A DNA stretch of 64,000 bases from Calothrix sp. NIES-2100 (GCA_002368195.1 AP018178.1:5273286-5337285); one strand, 5' to 3'; positions 10,738-20,644 are shown, numbered from the stretch's first letter. The notes: generated by a model not told the origin, from the letters alone. A program made the numbers and translations.

Positions 10738-12936
10738 ATGACTCAGGTGAAAAATTCGATTTCCCAATCTTTTGAGTTAAAGCCAGAAGAAACTGCACAG
10801 ATTGAAAATCTAGTAAATCTACTCGTCGATCTCAAAATTATCGAACCACCTGAGCAATCTTTTCCTGAATTAGCATCAGAAAATAATCATCAGGAGTATA
10901 TTTTAGAAGAAACTGGATTACTGCGACTCCCTCCAGTTCCATTGGAAGTATGTGAAGCTTATTTAGAATCTGCTGTTGATTCTCCTTTTTGTTTACCTAA
11001 TTCATCGCCAGTTACCGATGATAAATTAGAAGAACCTCTGGAAATTATTGCCACCTTTGAGGAAAAATTAGTTGAATCTAATTTAGATAATTCACAGGAT
11101 GCATTTCAAAAATTACAAGCGATATTAGTCGGAGGCGAATTAGCAGATTTAAACGATTTGACGGCTAAACTCGCACAAAAACTCACAAATTTAGAGCATC
11201 AAATTTACGATCCTCAAGAGCTAATCAACTTACTACTCCCGTCGATTTCTGAGCTTTTAAGGCTGAAAATTACGGAATCGAAAGAGGAAATTGCACAGGT
11301 ATTTACTCCGATTATCGATCAGGCTATCCGCAGTCGTACTGAACAAGATAAAATTAGCATGAGTGAAGCATTAGCTCCTGCTGTTCCTCTAGCTATTTCC
11401 CACCAGATCATTGTTGCGCCTGAAGAAGTTTCCGATGCGATCGCACCTTCAATGGGACGAGCAATAAAAAAGCAGATTGAAATTGAACAAAATATCGTTG
11501 TGGATGCACTCTACCCAATTATTGGTAGTACCATAGCCAAATATATGGCAGAGACAATTAGTGCTATTAACCGACAAGTTGAAGAAACCCTCAGTGTCGA
11601 AGGGATTAAACGGAAAATTCGTGCCAAATTACAAGGAGTTTCCGAAGCAGAATTAATTTTCAAAGAATCTCTGACATTTAAAATCAAAGCTATTTTTTTG
11701 ATTCATAAAGAATCTGGTTTAGTCATCTCAGATATTCAGCAATCTGATGCACAGCAACTAGAGTCAGAAATGGTAGCAGGAATGCTGACGGCGATTCGCA
11801 GTTTTGCTAATGATTGCATCAACCAATCTGGTAGCATATCAGAACTAGACGCGATTGACTATGGTACGTCGAAAATAATTTTAGAAGTTGCAGGATATTG
11901 TTATTTAGCGATTGTTGTTCAGGGAGAGCCAAGCAAAAAATTCATCCTTGCTATGCGGCAAAATCTCGGCAATATAGTGCAACAATATGGTGATTTAATT
12001 GAAAAATTTGACGGCGTTCCCGATACAATTCCGAATGAAATCCATAGTCTTTTAGAAGTACTGAAAGATTCAGATTCGCAGGAGAAAAAGAAAAAAAGTC
12101 AACCTTCACCACTATTGGTATTAAGCTTAACATTGCTCGGCATTATTTTCATTCCTTGGGGGTTTTGGCAATACCATATCGGAATAATTCGTTCGATTGA
12201 AAATAAAACTTCCCTGGCTTTAGCTTCTACTCCAGAGTTAGCTGTCTATCGTCTAACAGTGCAAGTAGAACATAACAAATTAAAATTAACTGGACAAGTA
12301 CCTAATCAACTTTTGCGTCAGAAAGCTGAACAAATAGTCAAAATAACCTCACCTAAATGGTTGATTGACAATCAAATTTTATCAGTAGAAGTCCCTGCCG
12401 ATCCTATATTAGCTGCGGCTGAAGTTAAACGAGTCACCGCAGTTTTAAATCAGATGGACGGTACAGCAATTTCTGCTCAATATATCGCTAGTAAAGTAGC
12501 TATCGAGGGTACTGTCAACCGGATTACAGATGCTCACACTATTACTCATGCATTTGAGCAAATTCCCGGTGTAAAGTTTGTATCTAGCGCCGTGCGGGTG
12601 CAACCTTTGCAGATTGAAGTTAGATTTTACTTTCAAATCGACTCAGCAAATTTGAGGATAACAGATTTAGGGTACAAGGTTCAACAAGTTAAGTTGTTCC
12701 TCAATCAGCATCCAAACAAACAGGTTAAAATCGTTGGTTATAGCTATGAGCATACTAATGTGAATCCAAGTCAACAGTTAGCCTTAAAGCGAGCAAAAGC
12801 TGTACAACAAGCACTAATTAATCAAGGCGTTAACCCATCTCGTCTACACATTATCGGAAAAACAAATTTACCGCCAGGAATTGATGCTACTCAACCCTCA
12901 TGGTTAAGCAGATGTGTCATTATAGAAGCTATTTAA
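10738..12936 (+). CDS. multidomain membrane protein: Roadblock/LC7-like domain, one TM helix, BON-like and OmpA-like C-terminal domains
   Basis: aa ~315-425 (AIFLIHKESGLVISD...MVAGMLTAIRSF...ILEVAGYCYLAIVVQGE...) fits Roadblock/MglB alpha-beta pattern; TM PLLVLSLTLLGIIFIPWGFW; C-term VKIVGYSYEHTNVNPSQQLALKRAKAVQQALINQG resembles OmpA/MotB C-domain. Confidence 0.55.
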   Translation: MTQVKNSISQSFELKPEETAQIENLVNLLVDLKIIEPPEQSFPELASENNHQEYILEETGLLRLPPVPLEVCEAYLESAVDSPFCLPNSSPVTDDKLEEPLEIIATFEEKLVESNLDNSQDAFQKLQAILVGGELADLNDLTAKLAQKLTNLEHQIYDPQELINLLLPSISELLRLKITESKEEIAQVFTPIIDQAIRSRTEQDKISMSEALAPAVPLAISHQIIVAPEEVSDAIAPSMGRAIKKQIEIEQNIVVDALYPIIGSTIAKYMAETISAINRQVEETLSVEGIKRKIRAKLQGVSEAELIFKESLTFKIKAIFLIHKESGLVISDIQQSDAQQLESEMVAGMLTAIRSFANDCINQSGSISELDAIDYGTSKIILEVAGYCYLAIVVQGEPSKKFILAMRQNLGNIVQQYGDLIEKFDGVPDTIPNEIHSLLEVLKDSDSQEKKKKSQPSPLLVLSLTLLGIIFIPWGFWQYHIGIIRSIENKTSLALASTPELAVYRLTVQVEHNKLKLTGQVPNQLLRQKAEQIVKITSPKWLIDNQILSVEVPADPILAAAEVKRVTAVLNQMDGTAISAQYIASKVAIEGTVNRITDAHTITHAFEQIPGVKFVSSAVRVQPLQIEVRFYFQIDSANLRITDLGYKVQQVKLFLNQHPNKQVKIVGYSYEHTNVNPSQQLALKRAKAVQQALINQGVNPSRLHIIGKTNLPPGIDATQPSWLSRCVIIEAI

Positions 12937-12947
12937 AGTAAAATTTC

Positions 12948-13472
12948 ATGTCTATCATCTCTAGAAAAATCTGTTTATTTGGTGATTTTGGTGTTGGCAA
13001 AACTAGCCTAATTCGCCAATTTGTAGAACGGCAATTTAATGATAAATATCTTTCAACTGTTGGAGTAAAAATTTCTAAAAAATTGGTTGAATTGTCACCA
13101 ACAGACTTACAGCAGGCACAAAAAATACAGTTTTTAATTTGGGATATTGAAGGTAGTAATAAATTTAAAGCAATTGCTCCTAATTATTTTCAAGGCGCTA
13201 AAGCTGCTGTAATAGTTGGTGATGTAACACAACCAGAAACCCTGAATCATCTCCAGGAACATATCCACAGTTTTTTAGCTGTTAATCCTCAAAGTTATAT
13301 TGCGATCGCTTTGAATAAATCGGACTTGATTGCAGCAGAATATTTAGAAAATCTCCAACGCATTTATCAATTTAGCGACCAGACTAATGTCATAGCTACC
13401 TATACAACTTCCGCGAAAACTGGTAATAATGTTGATGAAATATTTCACATATTAGCTACTCATTTAATTTAA
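12948..13472 (+). CDS. Ras-like small GTPase (MglA/Rup-like) with non-canonical switch II
   Basis: G1 GDFGVGKTS, G3 WDIEGS (canonical DxxGQ with Gln replaced by Ser), G4 LNKSD, G5 SAK; 11-nt gap after upstream gene. Confidence 0.8.
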   Translation: MSIISRKICLFGDFGVGKTSLIRQFVERQFNDKYLSTVGVKISKKLVELSPTDLQQAQKIQFLIWDIEGSNKFKAIAPNYFQGAKAAVIVGDVTQPETLNHLQEHIHSFLAVNPQSYIAIALNKSDLIAAEYLENLQRIYQFSDQTNVIATYTTSAKTGNNVDEIFHILATHLI

Positions 13473-13476
13473 TAAA

Positions 13477-15804
13477 ATGGAATCATTATTGACAAATCTG
13501 TTGTCTATATATCGGATTGAATATCTGACGATTGATGAAAACTTCCAGATTCTGGAGACTTCTCCGGGAATTAATCGTCTGAGCGATATTTATGAAGAAG
13601 TGCAGCTAGGTGAGGATATTCGGATTGTATTTCCGGAAATAGAGGGACTTGAAGATATTTTTGATGCGATTCGACAGGGTGAACAAAATAACTTTGAATT
13701 AAAAGGAATTAGGCGATCGCCAGATACAGCTTCTCCTTTATATATTAATATAAATATTACTAAAGTAGAAAATTATAGCAATAAGATCATAATTTTTGTG
13801 GAAGATGTGACAGAACGAATGGTTCTGGAGCAATCTTTATTTCAGGGTGCAAATGAAGCAAATCTTTTGCTACGTAATAACAAAGCTGCTAAACAATATA
13901 TTGACCAGATTTTGACATCAATGGCGGATGGTTTGTTGGTCACAACGCTTTCAGGAAATATTAAAAAAATCAACCCAGCCGCCAAAATTTTATTAGAATA
14001 TGACGAATCAGAACTTATCGGTCAACCTATCAGCAAAATTTTTCGAGAAGTGGATAGATGTAAGTTAGCAATCGGCGAAATCGAAAGTATCGTTACAACC
14101 CAAAATCCAGAAATTCCTCTACTGAAAGAAGTAGAAACTATTTGTCAAACCAAAAGCGGTAAAACAATTCCGATAGCTGTTTCATACTCAATAGTTCAGA
14201 CAGAAGTTGAACATTTCCAAGGTTATGTTTATATTTTGCGAGACATGACCGAACGAAAGCAAGCAGAACTGGCTAAACAAGAATTTTTAGCGATGATTAG
14301 CCATGAAGTTCGGACTCCGATCGCATCGGTAATTGGGATGGCGAGTTTGTTGCTGAATACTGGATTAACTACTGAGCAACGTGACTTTGTGGAAACCATC
14401 TACACTAGTGGAAATGCTTTACTAGAAATTATTAACGATTTCCTTGACCTCTCGAAAATAGAATCAGGTAAGCTGGAATTAGAAGAACAACCTTTTGCTT
14501 TGCGAACTTGCATTAATGAAGCGCTTTCTCTACTTGCGCCCAAAGCGAGAGAAAAAAAATTAAAACTCACATTTTTAGATACTCCAGAACTTCCAACGAC
14601 AATTGTGGGTGATATCACCAGACTGCGCCAAGTCTTGATTAATTTACTCAGTAATGCTTTAAAATTTACCGAAACTGGAAGTATAGAAGTTTCCGTCATA
14701 AATCGCCAGCTTCACGATACTACAGAGGAAATTCAGTTTACTGTTAAAGATACAGGCATTGGCATTCCCCGCGATCGCCTGGAGCGTTTATTTAAAGCTT
14801 TTATTCAAGTCAACTCCTCCATTACTCGACAGTACGGCGGTACGGGGTTAGGTCTTGCTATCTGCAAGCAACTGTGTGAGTTAATGGGTGGTAGAATTTG
14901 GGTAGAAAGTGAACCAGGTATAGGCAGTAAATTTCACTTCACAATTACTGTAACTGTGATTCCAGAAGAAGTTAGGAGTCGGGAGTCAGGAGTTAATGAT
15001 GCGCAGATTGATACTCATCTAGCCGAACAATATCCATTGAGGATACTTTTAGCTGAAGATAATGCCATTAATCAAAAGATGATTGGGTTGATGTTGCAAG
15101 GAATGGGTTATCAGCCAGATATTGCTAACAATGGTTTAGAAGTAATCTCAGCGCTACGCCGCCAACGCTACGATGTAGTATTGATGGATGTACAAATGCC
15201 AGAAATGGACGGTTTAACAGCAAGCCAGCATATCTGTCAAGAATGGACACCACAAAACCGCCCGCGACTGATCGCATTAACAGCAAGTGCAATGTGGGGC
15301 GATCGCGAAAATTGTCTAGCAGCTGGGATGGATGACTATCTTGCTAAACCAATCCGGATTGCAGAATTGATGCGAGTACTCAAAAGATGTCAGCCTCTCT
15401 CTGCGGTGGAGAAACCGATAGAGAACCAAGCAAAAGTTTCCCATCCAATTGATTCTACTGCCTTAGAAAACATCAGGGGCATGGCAGAGTTTAATACAGA
15501 GGTTGAGTTTAAAGAATTTGTGCGGGAAATTATTAATGACTACCTTGAAGATGCTCCTAAAATACTACAAAATATGCGAGTAGCATTAAGTCAAGGTAAT
15601 TTCAAAAATCTCAGGCTAGCAACGCATACCCTTTACTCTACCAGTGCTACCCTAGGCGCAATGACTCTAGCAAGCCACTGTGCAGAATTAGAAATTGTAG
15701 CCGCAGTTGAAGAACTGGAAAAAGCAACAGCAGGAATTTTAATGATCGAAACTGAATACCAAAATGTTGAAATTGCTTTACAACAAGAAAGGCAAAAACT
15801 CTGA
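13477..15804 (+). CDS. hybrid sensor histidine kinase/response regulator with C-terminal Hpt domain
   Basis: PAS region, HisKA H-box (ISHEVRTPIAS), HATPase_c N/G1/G2 boxes (NLLSNALKFT, DTGIGI, GGTGLGLAICK), REC with phospho-acceptor Asp (VLMDVQMPEMDG), Hpt-like C-terminus (ATHTLYSTSATLGA); starts 4 nt after GTPase stop. Confidence 0.9.
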   Translation: MESLLTNLLSIYRIEYLTIDENFQILETSPGINRLSDIYEEVQLGEDIRIVFPEIEGLEDIFDAIRQGEQNNFELKGIRRSPDTASPLYININITKVENYSNKIIIFVEDVTERMVLEQSLFQGANEANLLLRNNKAAKQYIDQILTSMADGLLVTTLSGNIKKINPAAKILLEYDESELIGQPISKIFREVDRCKLAIGEIESIVTTQNPEIPLLKEVETICQTKSGKTIPIAVSYSIVQTEVEHFQGYVYILRDMTERKQAELAKQEFLAMISHEVRTPIASVIGMASLLLNTGLTTEQRDFVETIYTSGNALLEIINDFLDLSKIESGKLELEEQPFALRTCINEALSLLAPKAREKKLKLTFLDTPELPTTIVGDITRLRQVLINLLSNALKFTETGSIEVSVINRQLHDTTEEIQFTVKDTGIGIPRDRLERLFKAFIQVNSSITRQYGGTGLGLAICKQLCELMGGRIWVESEPGIGSKFHFTITVTVIPEEVRSRESGVNDAQIDTHLAEQYPLRILLAEDNAINQKMIGLMLQGMGYQPDIANNGLEVISALRRQRYDVVLMDVQMPEMDGLTASQHICQEWTPQNRPRLIALTASAMWGDRENCLAAGMDDYLAKPIRIAELMRVLKRCQPLSAVEKPIENQAKVSHPIDSTALENIRGMAEFNTEVEFKEFVREIINDYLEDAPKILQNMRVALSQGNFKNLRLATHTLYSTSATLGAMTLASHCAELEIVAAVEELEKATAGILMIETEYQNVEIALQQERQKL

Positions 15805-15805
15805 T

Positions 15806-16930
15806 TTAACTTAATTGACGGCGGAATTGGTTGATGCTGATGGATAAGAGTAATGTAGCAAAGATAAAAAGTGCGATCGCATTCCACCAAAGTACTTCTA
15901 ATCCTACACCTTTGAGCAAAATTCCCCGCACAATCTCTATATAATGGCGTAGCGGGTCTAGTAGAGACAAATATTTAAAGAATTCCGGCATACTTTCAAT
16001 GGGAGAGATAGCCCCAGAAAGTTGAATCAAGGGTAAATTGATAAAAAATGATGTCAGCACAACTTGCTGTTGAGTGCGACAAACCGTAGCCAGCATAATG
16101 CCAATGCCAATACCAACAAATAAATAAAGTCCTGATAGGGTTAAAAAAAGTAAAGCATTGCCGCGAAAAGGGACACCAAATACTAATCTACCGATACTTA
16201 AAGCTAAAATCACATCACCCATTAACAGCACAAATAAAGGCACAATTTTAGCGAGTAAAATTTCCCAAGCTTCCGCTGGAGTCATTAACAATTGTTCGAG
16301 AGTTCCTGTATCTTTTTCTCTGACAACTGTTACTGAAGAAACCAAAGAACTAATCAGCGTTAAAACTAAGCCTAAAACGCCGGGGATGAAAAACCAACTA
16401 CTGCGTAATCCCGGATTATAAAGGAAAGTCGTTTGCGGATTAATTAACGGCGGGGCTTGATTAGAGGATAAGCGGCGACTAAATTGATTAATCATCTGAT
16501 TGAGGTAACCTTGAGCAATACCCGCAGTATTGGCATCGACTGCATCAATTAAAATTTGTACTTCACCAGATTTATCTTCTGATAATTTACGTTTAAAATC
16601 TGGCGGAATGATTAAACCTGCTGTGATTTTTCCTTGTCGAACTTGCTCACCTAAATCTTGATCGTTAAACAGATATTTTTCTAAGGTAAAGACTTTATTG
16701 ACCGTTAATACAGAAACTAATTCTCTACTTTCATAACTATTGGCATAATCGACAACTCCTAACTTGAGATAATGGACATCAGGATTGAGAGCAAAGCCAT
16801 AAAGCAGCATTTGCACTGTGGGAGGGATGATTAACAAGACTAAAGTCTCTCGACTGCGCAGTATTTGGCGAAATTCCTTAATTGCTAAAGTCCAGAATCG
16901 GCTATTCAACAGACTTTGAATAAATTTCAT
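15806..16930 (-). CDS. ABC-2 type transporter permease
   Basis: 374 aa; large N-terminal extracytoplasmic region followed by ~6 TM helices, typical of YhhJ/YadH-like ABC-2 permeases; convergent with kinase gene. Confidence 0.7.
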   Translation of the reverse strand: MKFIQSLLNSRFWTLAIKEFRQILRSRETLVLLIIPPTVQMLLYGFALNPDVHYLKLGVVDYANSYESRELVSVLTVNKVFTLEKYLFNDQDLGEQVRQGKITAGLIIPPDFKRKLSEDKSGEVQILIDAVDANTAGIAQGYLNQMINQFSRRLSSNQAPPLINPQTTFLYNPGLRSSWFFIPGVLGLVLTLISSLVSSVTVVREKDTGTLEQLLMTPAEAWEILLAKIVPLFVLLMGDVILALSIGRLVFGVPFRGNALLFLTLSGLYLFVGIGIGIMLATVCRTQQQVVLTSFFINLPLIQLSGAISPIESMPEFFKYLSLLDPLRHYIEIVRGILLKGVGLEVLWWNAIALFIFATLLLSISINQFRRQLS

Positions 16931-17039
16931 GGCTATTAGTTTGATAGTAAATATATCCGCACTATGCAGGGTTTAGCATTGCCCTACAGGAATTCTCTGG
17001 CTTACCCGAAATAACGCCCGCAGGCTAGAAGCCTGGGGC

Positions 17040-17105
17040 TATCGATGCAAAGCCCACCTTCGTGGGCTGAATCCTTTAGCCCACGAAGGTGGGCTTTGTT
17101 AATAT
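17040..17105. repeat. REP-like hairpin
   Basis: caaagcccaccttcgtgggctgaatcctttagcccacgaaggtgggctttg long perfect inverted repeat. Confidence 0.5.
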
Positions 17106-17204
17106 AGCCGCACCCTTCTAGGGTGACGGCGGTCTGTTGGGTAAGCGAAGGATCTTACCCCTGATTCACCAGCGGTATCCTTGATAAATGACAACTTCAA
17201 TTTG

Positions 17205-19256
17205 TCATCCCAAACCGAATAACTTAGAAATTAGCGGCAATAATTTATTTCCAGCTTCCACCAGTGAAGCCACAGCAGGTAAACCTGTAAATATTCCCTT
17301 TAACATGGTGATTGCAGTCTTTGCAGTCTTCTTACTTCCATTCTCTTGGGGATTTTTCGCGGCTTCTGCTAAAGTTTGCACCTGTTCTAAAGCCTCAGCT
17401 TTGTCCTCATCTGATAACTCTGATGATTGGGAAATTTCTTCTTGCAATTGCGTCAACAATTCTTTGATTCCGGGTTTCTCTGCTGACGGTGCATCGGGTA
17501 ACTGATTGAGCGCAACACTCACATTACCGCTAATCGTTCCCAGGTTGGCGACAGCGGCAGAACCACCGCCAGCAATACCGCTAACATTTGTACTACCTTG
17601 AATATTGATGCCGCTGATATCAGACACTTTGTTATCTCCTTGTATATAGTATTTCGACTGCTGAAGTGCAGTTGTCAGCATATTTTCTAAACTAAGAATA
17701 CGACTATCTTTTTCTATAAGTAGGGCTTGCTGACTTTGGGATAAAGCCTTGAGTTGATTATAGTCATCGAAATATTCGGCACTCAGTTGGGATTTATCAC
17801 TCCCTGGTGCGGTTTTAGCTCTAAGTAAGAATTTATCATCGCCGCGTTTCTCCATTGCCACAATTTCTAACTCGGCTTCTGGGTGATTTTCTGCCAGCTT
17901 TTTGAATGCAATTGCAATGGCGCGGGGGTCAACGTTTTGATTGTGGTAAAGGTCAAGGGTGTCAAAAATTGGCTTGATAAAGTCGGCAAAGTCGCCTTCT
18001 TGGAAGACTTCTTGTTGATTATCTGGTTTGCGGAGGGGGTCGGGGTTTTCTTTGGTGGGTAAGCGCATGAAGATATATTCACACCTCACTCCATGCAATT
18101 TAGTTTCACTGGTAATGCCCCAATCTTCAATGAATGCACCTGTGAGGGTTGCACCTGTTAAATCGGTTGCGTCTAGTTGGGTTTGCTTGAGTTTGGCTCT
18201 GGATAAATCCGCATCTTGCAAATTAGCTTCACTGAGGTCAGCGCTGATGAAGCTAGCATCGGCTAGGTTTGCTGATTGTAAGTTTATACCTCGCAGGATT
18301 TGACGGTCAAAGTTTTTGTCCTGTCCTTGTCCTGTAATTAGTAATTCGCGGATTTGTGGGTGTTGCAGGTAAGTTGAGCCAGGGCGAACGCGGTCAAGCA
18401 TTTTGGCTTGATGCCAACGGGTATTAGTCAGGATAGTTTTGTGGAAATCTGTACTTTTGAGTGTGGCTTTGGTGAAATCAGCCTGAGTTAAAGTAGTGCC
18501 ATGAAAACTTGTTCCGCCTGTGGCTGCAAAGTTGACAGCAATATTACGAACCAAGGAATATTTTTCGTCTCCTTTCATTGCTCGCCAAGCGATGTAGATA
18601 CTAAATAATGTTCCAGAAAAGGCGATGGCGAAGGCGTAGGCTCCAGCAAAGGCTCCGTTAACGGAGGCTGCGGAGGCTGCGTAGGCTCCGACGAAAGCTC
18701 CGGCAATAACTTCGGCTCCAGAGACTGCGAAAGCAACGGCGATGGCGTAGGCTCCAGCAAAGGCTCCGGCTCCGGAAACTGCGAAGGCGAAGGCAAAGAC
18801 GAAACCAAATATTCCAGTGAAGGCTCCGGAGGCTGTAAAGGCAAAGGCGAAGGCGACAGCGACAGCAACAGATCCTAAACTAGCTGCTATTCCTTGGCGA
18901 ATTGTAGTTAAGAAAAAGACAATCAATACGATTAAAGCAGTCCAGCCGACGATCCAATTCTCCGTACTATCTCCAAATATAAATGAGACTAAGTAACCGT
19001 TGATAGCCCATAAAAATACAGACACCCCTGACAATAACGAGGAAATAAGCAATAGAAAAATTGCCCAACGACGTTGCAGTCCCGCTTTAGCATGGCTAAA
19101 GTTTGCACCTGTTAAATTAGCATTGGTGAAATTTGCCCCTCGGATGTCGGCATAGCTAAAGTTTGCGCCTGCAAGGTCTTGTCCTTTGAAGTTGCGTCCT
19201 CGGAGATTTTGCCCAGAAAAGTCTAACGCCATGTTCCACTGCGCGAAGATGAGCAA
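17205..19256 (-). CDS. large pentapeptide-repeat membrane protein
   Basis: 683 aa; N-terminal and central pentapeptide repeats (NLRGRNFKGQDLAGANFSYADIRGANF...), Ala/Phe/Gly-rich low-complexity TM block (AFAFAFTASGAFTGIFGFVFAFAFAVSGAGAFAGAYA), coiled-coil C-terminal domain. Confidence 0.8.
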   Translation of the reverse strand: MLIFAQWNMALDFSGQNLRGRNFKGQDLAGANFSYADIRGANFTNANLTGANFSHAKAGLQRRWAIFLLLISSLLSGVSVFLWAINGYLVSFIFGDSTENWIVGWTALIVLIVFFLTTIRQGIAASLGSVAVAVAFAFAFTASGAFTGIFGFVFAFAFAVSGAGAFAGAYAIAVAFAVSGAEVIAGAFVGAYAASAASVNGAFAGAYAFAIAFSGTLFSIYIAWRAMKGDEKYSLVRNIAVNFAATGGTSFHGTTLTQADFTKATLKSTDFHKTILTNTRWHQAKMLDRVRPGSTYLQHPQIRELLITGQGQDKNFDRQILRGINLQSANLADASFISADLSEANLQDADLSRAKLKQTQLDATDLTGATLTGAFIEDWGITSETKLHGVRCEYIFMRLPTKENPDPLRKPDNQQEVFQEGDFADFIKPIFDTLDLYHNQNVDPRAIAIAFKKLAENHPEAELEIVAMEKRGDDKFLLRAKTAPGSDKSQLSAEYFDDYNQLKALSQSQQALLIEKDSRILSLENMLTTALQQSKYYIQGDNKVSDISGINIQGSTNVSGIAGGGSAAVANLGTISGNVSVALNQLPDAPSAEKPGIKELLTQLQEEISQSSELSDEDKAEALEQVQTLAEAAKNPQENGSKKTAKTAITMLKGIFTGLPAVASLVEAGNKLLPLISKLFGLG

Positions 19257-19326
19257 ATTTTACTACACGCTTCAGTCTGTATATTCAGCAATGGTGAGAT
19301 ATTCTTCATGATTCAGGCTCAAAGGT

Positions 19327-19592
19327 GCAGCGTTGAGGGTAAAAGCCGCAATTTCGAGGATAAAAGCCGCAACGTTGAGGATAAAAGCCGCAATTTCGAG
19401 GATAAAAGCCGCAACGTTGAGGATAAAAGCTGCAACGTTGAGGATAAAAGCCGCAATTTCGAGGATAAAAGCTGCAACGTTGAGGATAAAAGCTGCAACG
19501 TTGAGGGTAAAAGCTGCAACGTTGAGGGTAAAAGCTGCAACGTCGAGGATAAAAGCTGCAACGTTGAGGGTAAAAGCTGCAACGTTGAGATT
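19327..19592. repeat. 21-bp tandem repeat array (~12.5 copies; unit ataaaagccgcaacgttgagg with aatttcgagg variant)
   Basis: direct reading; lies immediately 5' of the minus-strand pentapeptide gene; encodes heptad repeats in both strands' ORFs. Confidence 0.9.
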
Positions 19593-19619
19593 TGAGGGAT
19601 TGCCAATTTCAAAATTACC

Positions 19620-19690
19620 CAAATTGTAGGGGCACGGCATCCAAAGACTTTCGGTAAAACAGACAATTGATCGGTGCCGTGCCCCTACCC
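19620..19690. repeat. GTAGGGGCACGGCA-family hairpin repeat
   Basis: gtaggggcacggcatcc...ggtgccgtgcccctaccc inverted repeat; related copies ~5947-6000, ~19795-19835, ~29705-29735. Confidence 0.5.
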
Positions 19691-20112
19691 GATGGATAAT
19701 TGATTTTTTGGTATTCCTTAAAGATGCAACATTGAGGTTTTAGGGACTACCAATTTCCAAAATACCCCCAAATGACAAGCGAAAATAAAGTGTGCAGGTA
19801 GGGGCATCGGCATTGCCGTGCCCTGACAATAATCGGGTACGGAAAAATATTTATATAATTGCGATCGCAAAAAGCCTAAACCCTGGCGATTGTTTCAGTT
19901 AGCCCTTGTGGGTAGTGCCCACCCTACTGAATTTGCCTAGCATATTATATCAGTAAATGTTTTGTCTGTGGCAATGTGGATATATAGCGGTTCTCGTGTG
20001 GATGCAATACACAATCGGGCACAGCAGTGCTGTGCCCCTACGAATGGTATGTATTCTATGCAATTGAGAACGCTATCGGCACAGCATAAACATTCATTTA
20101 CAGGAAAGACTA

Positions 20113-20277
20113 ATGGAACGCTCGAAAATAATTGCCATTCTTACAGGTGCAATTTCTGTACTTTTAGCGATCGCCTACCTGATCGTCGTCCAAATTCTCG
20201 ACTACCGCGATATGAAACCCGCCCCTATTAGCCAACTGAACCAACCGCCGGCAATTGTGGCTTCCGCTTGGAACTAA
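20113..20277 (+). CDS. possible small single-TM protein (54 aa) upstream of ndhF-like gene
   Basis: ATG ORF MERSKIIAILTGAISVLLAIAYLIVVQILDYRDMKPAPISQLNQPPAIVASAWN; below the ORF-track size cutoff; hydrophobic helix. Confidence 0.3.
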   Translation: MERSKIIAILTGAISVLLAIAYLIVVQILDYRDMKPAPISQLNQPPAIVASAWN

Positions 20278-20644
20278 AAATTCCCTTTTCGCATATACCT
20301 AAGGATATAAATATTTGAAGAGACGCAATCAATTGCGTCTTTTGTCGTTTATATCCATTGATAAAACAAATGATAACTATTGATTAATTGCAATGATTGT
20401 CTATAGATAGAAATTAATAGTTACGATTTGTTAATCAAATAAAGCCCTTATATAAGAATTAATTAGAGGAAGTATCGATGATTTATTTAATTAAAGTATT
20501 TCCTTTTTGTCATAGATAAAGGTAAGCTATTTTTAACAAAATTAAGCAAAAATAAAATCGAACTATTTGAGATGGCTGGGTTAGCTGCTATCAAAGCTTT
20601 TTGATGCATAACCCCAGAGTTTTGCTGCAAATTATAGAGGTAAG

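Noticed and set aside
16940-17200. A small RNA or riboswitch between the ABC-2 permease and the pentapeptide gene
   Set aside because: The region is dominated by a REP-like perfect hairpin (caaagcccaccttcgtgggctg...); no riboswitch-like conserved core recognised.
20280-20644. NdhR/CcmR-type (ATAG-N8-CTAT) or NtcA (GTA-N8-TAC) site upstream of the ndhF-like gene
   Set aside because: CTATAGATAG-like fragments exist in this AT-rich region but I found no clean consensus; not reported as a feature.
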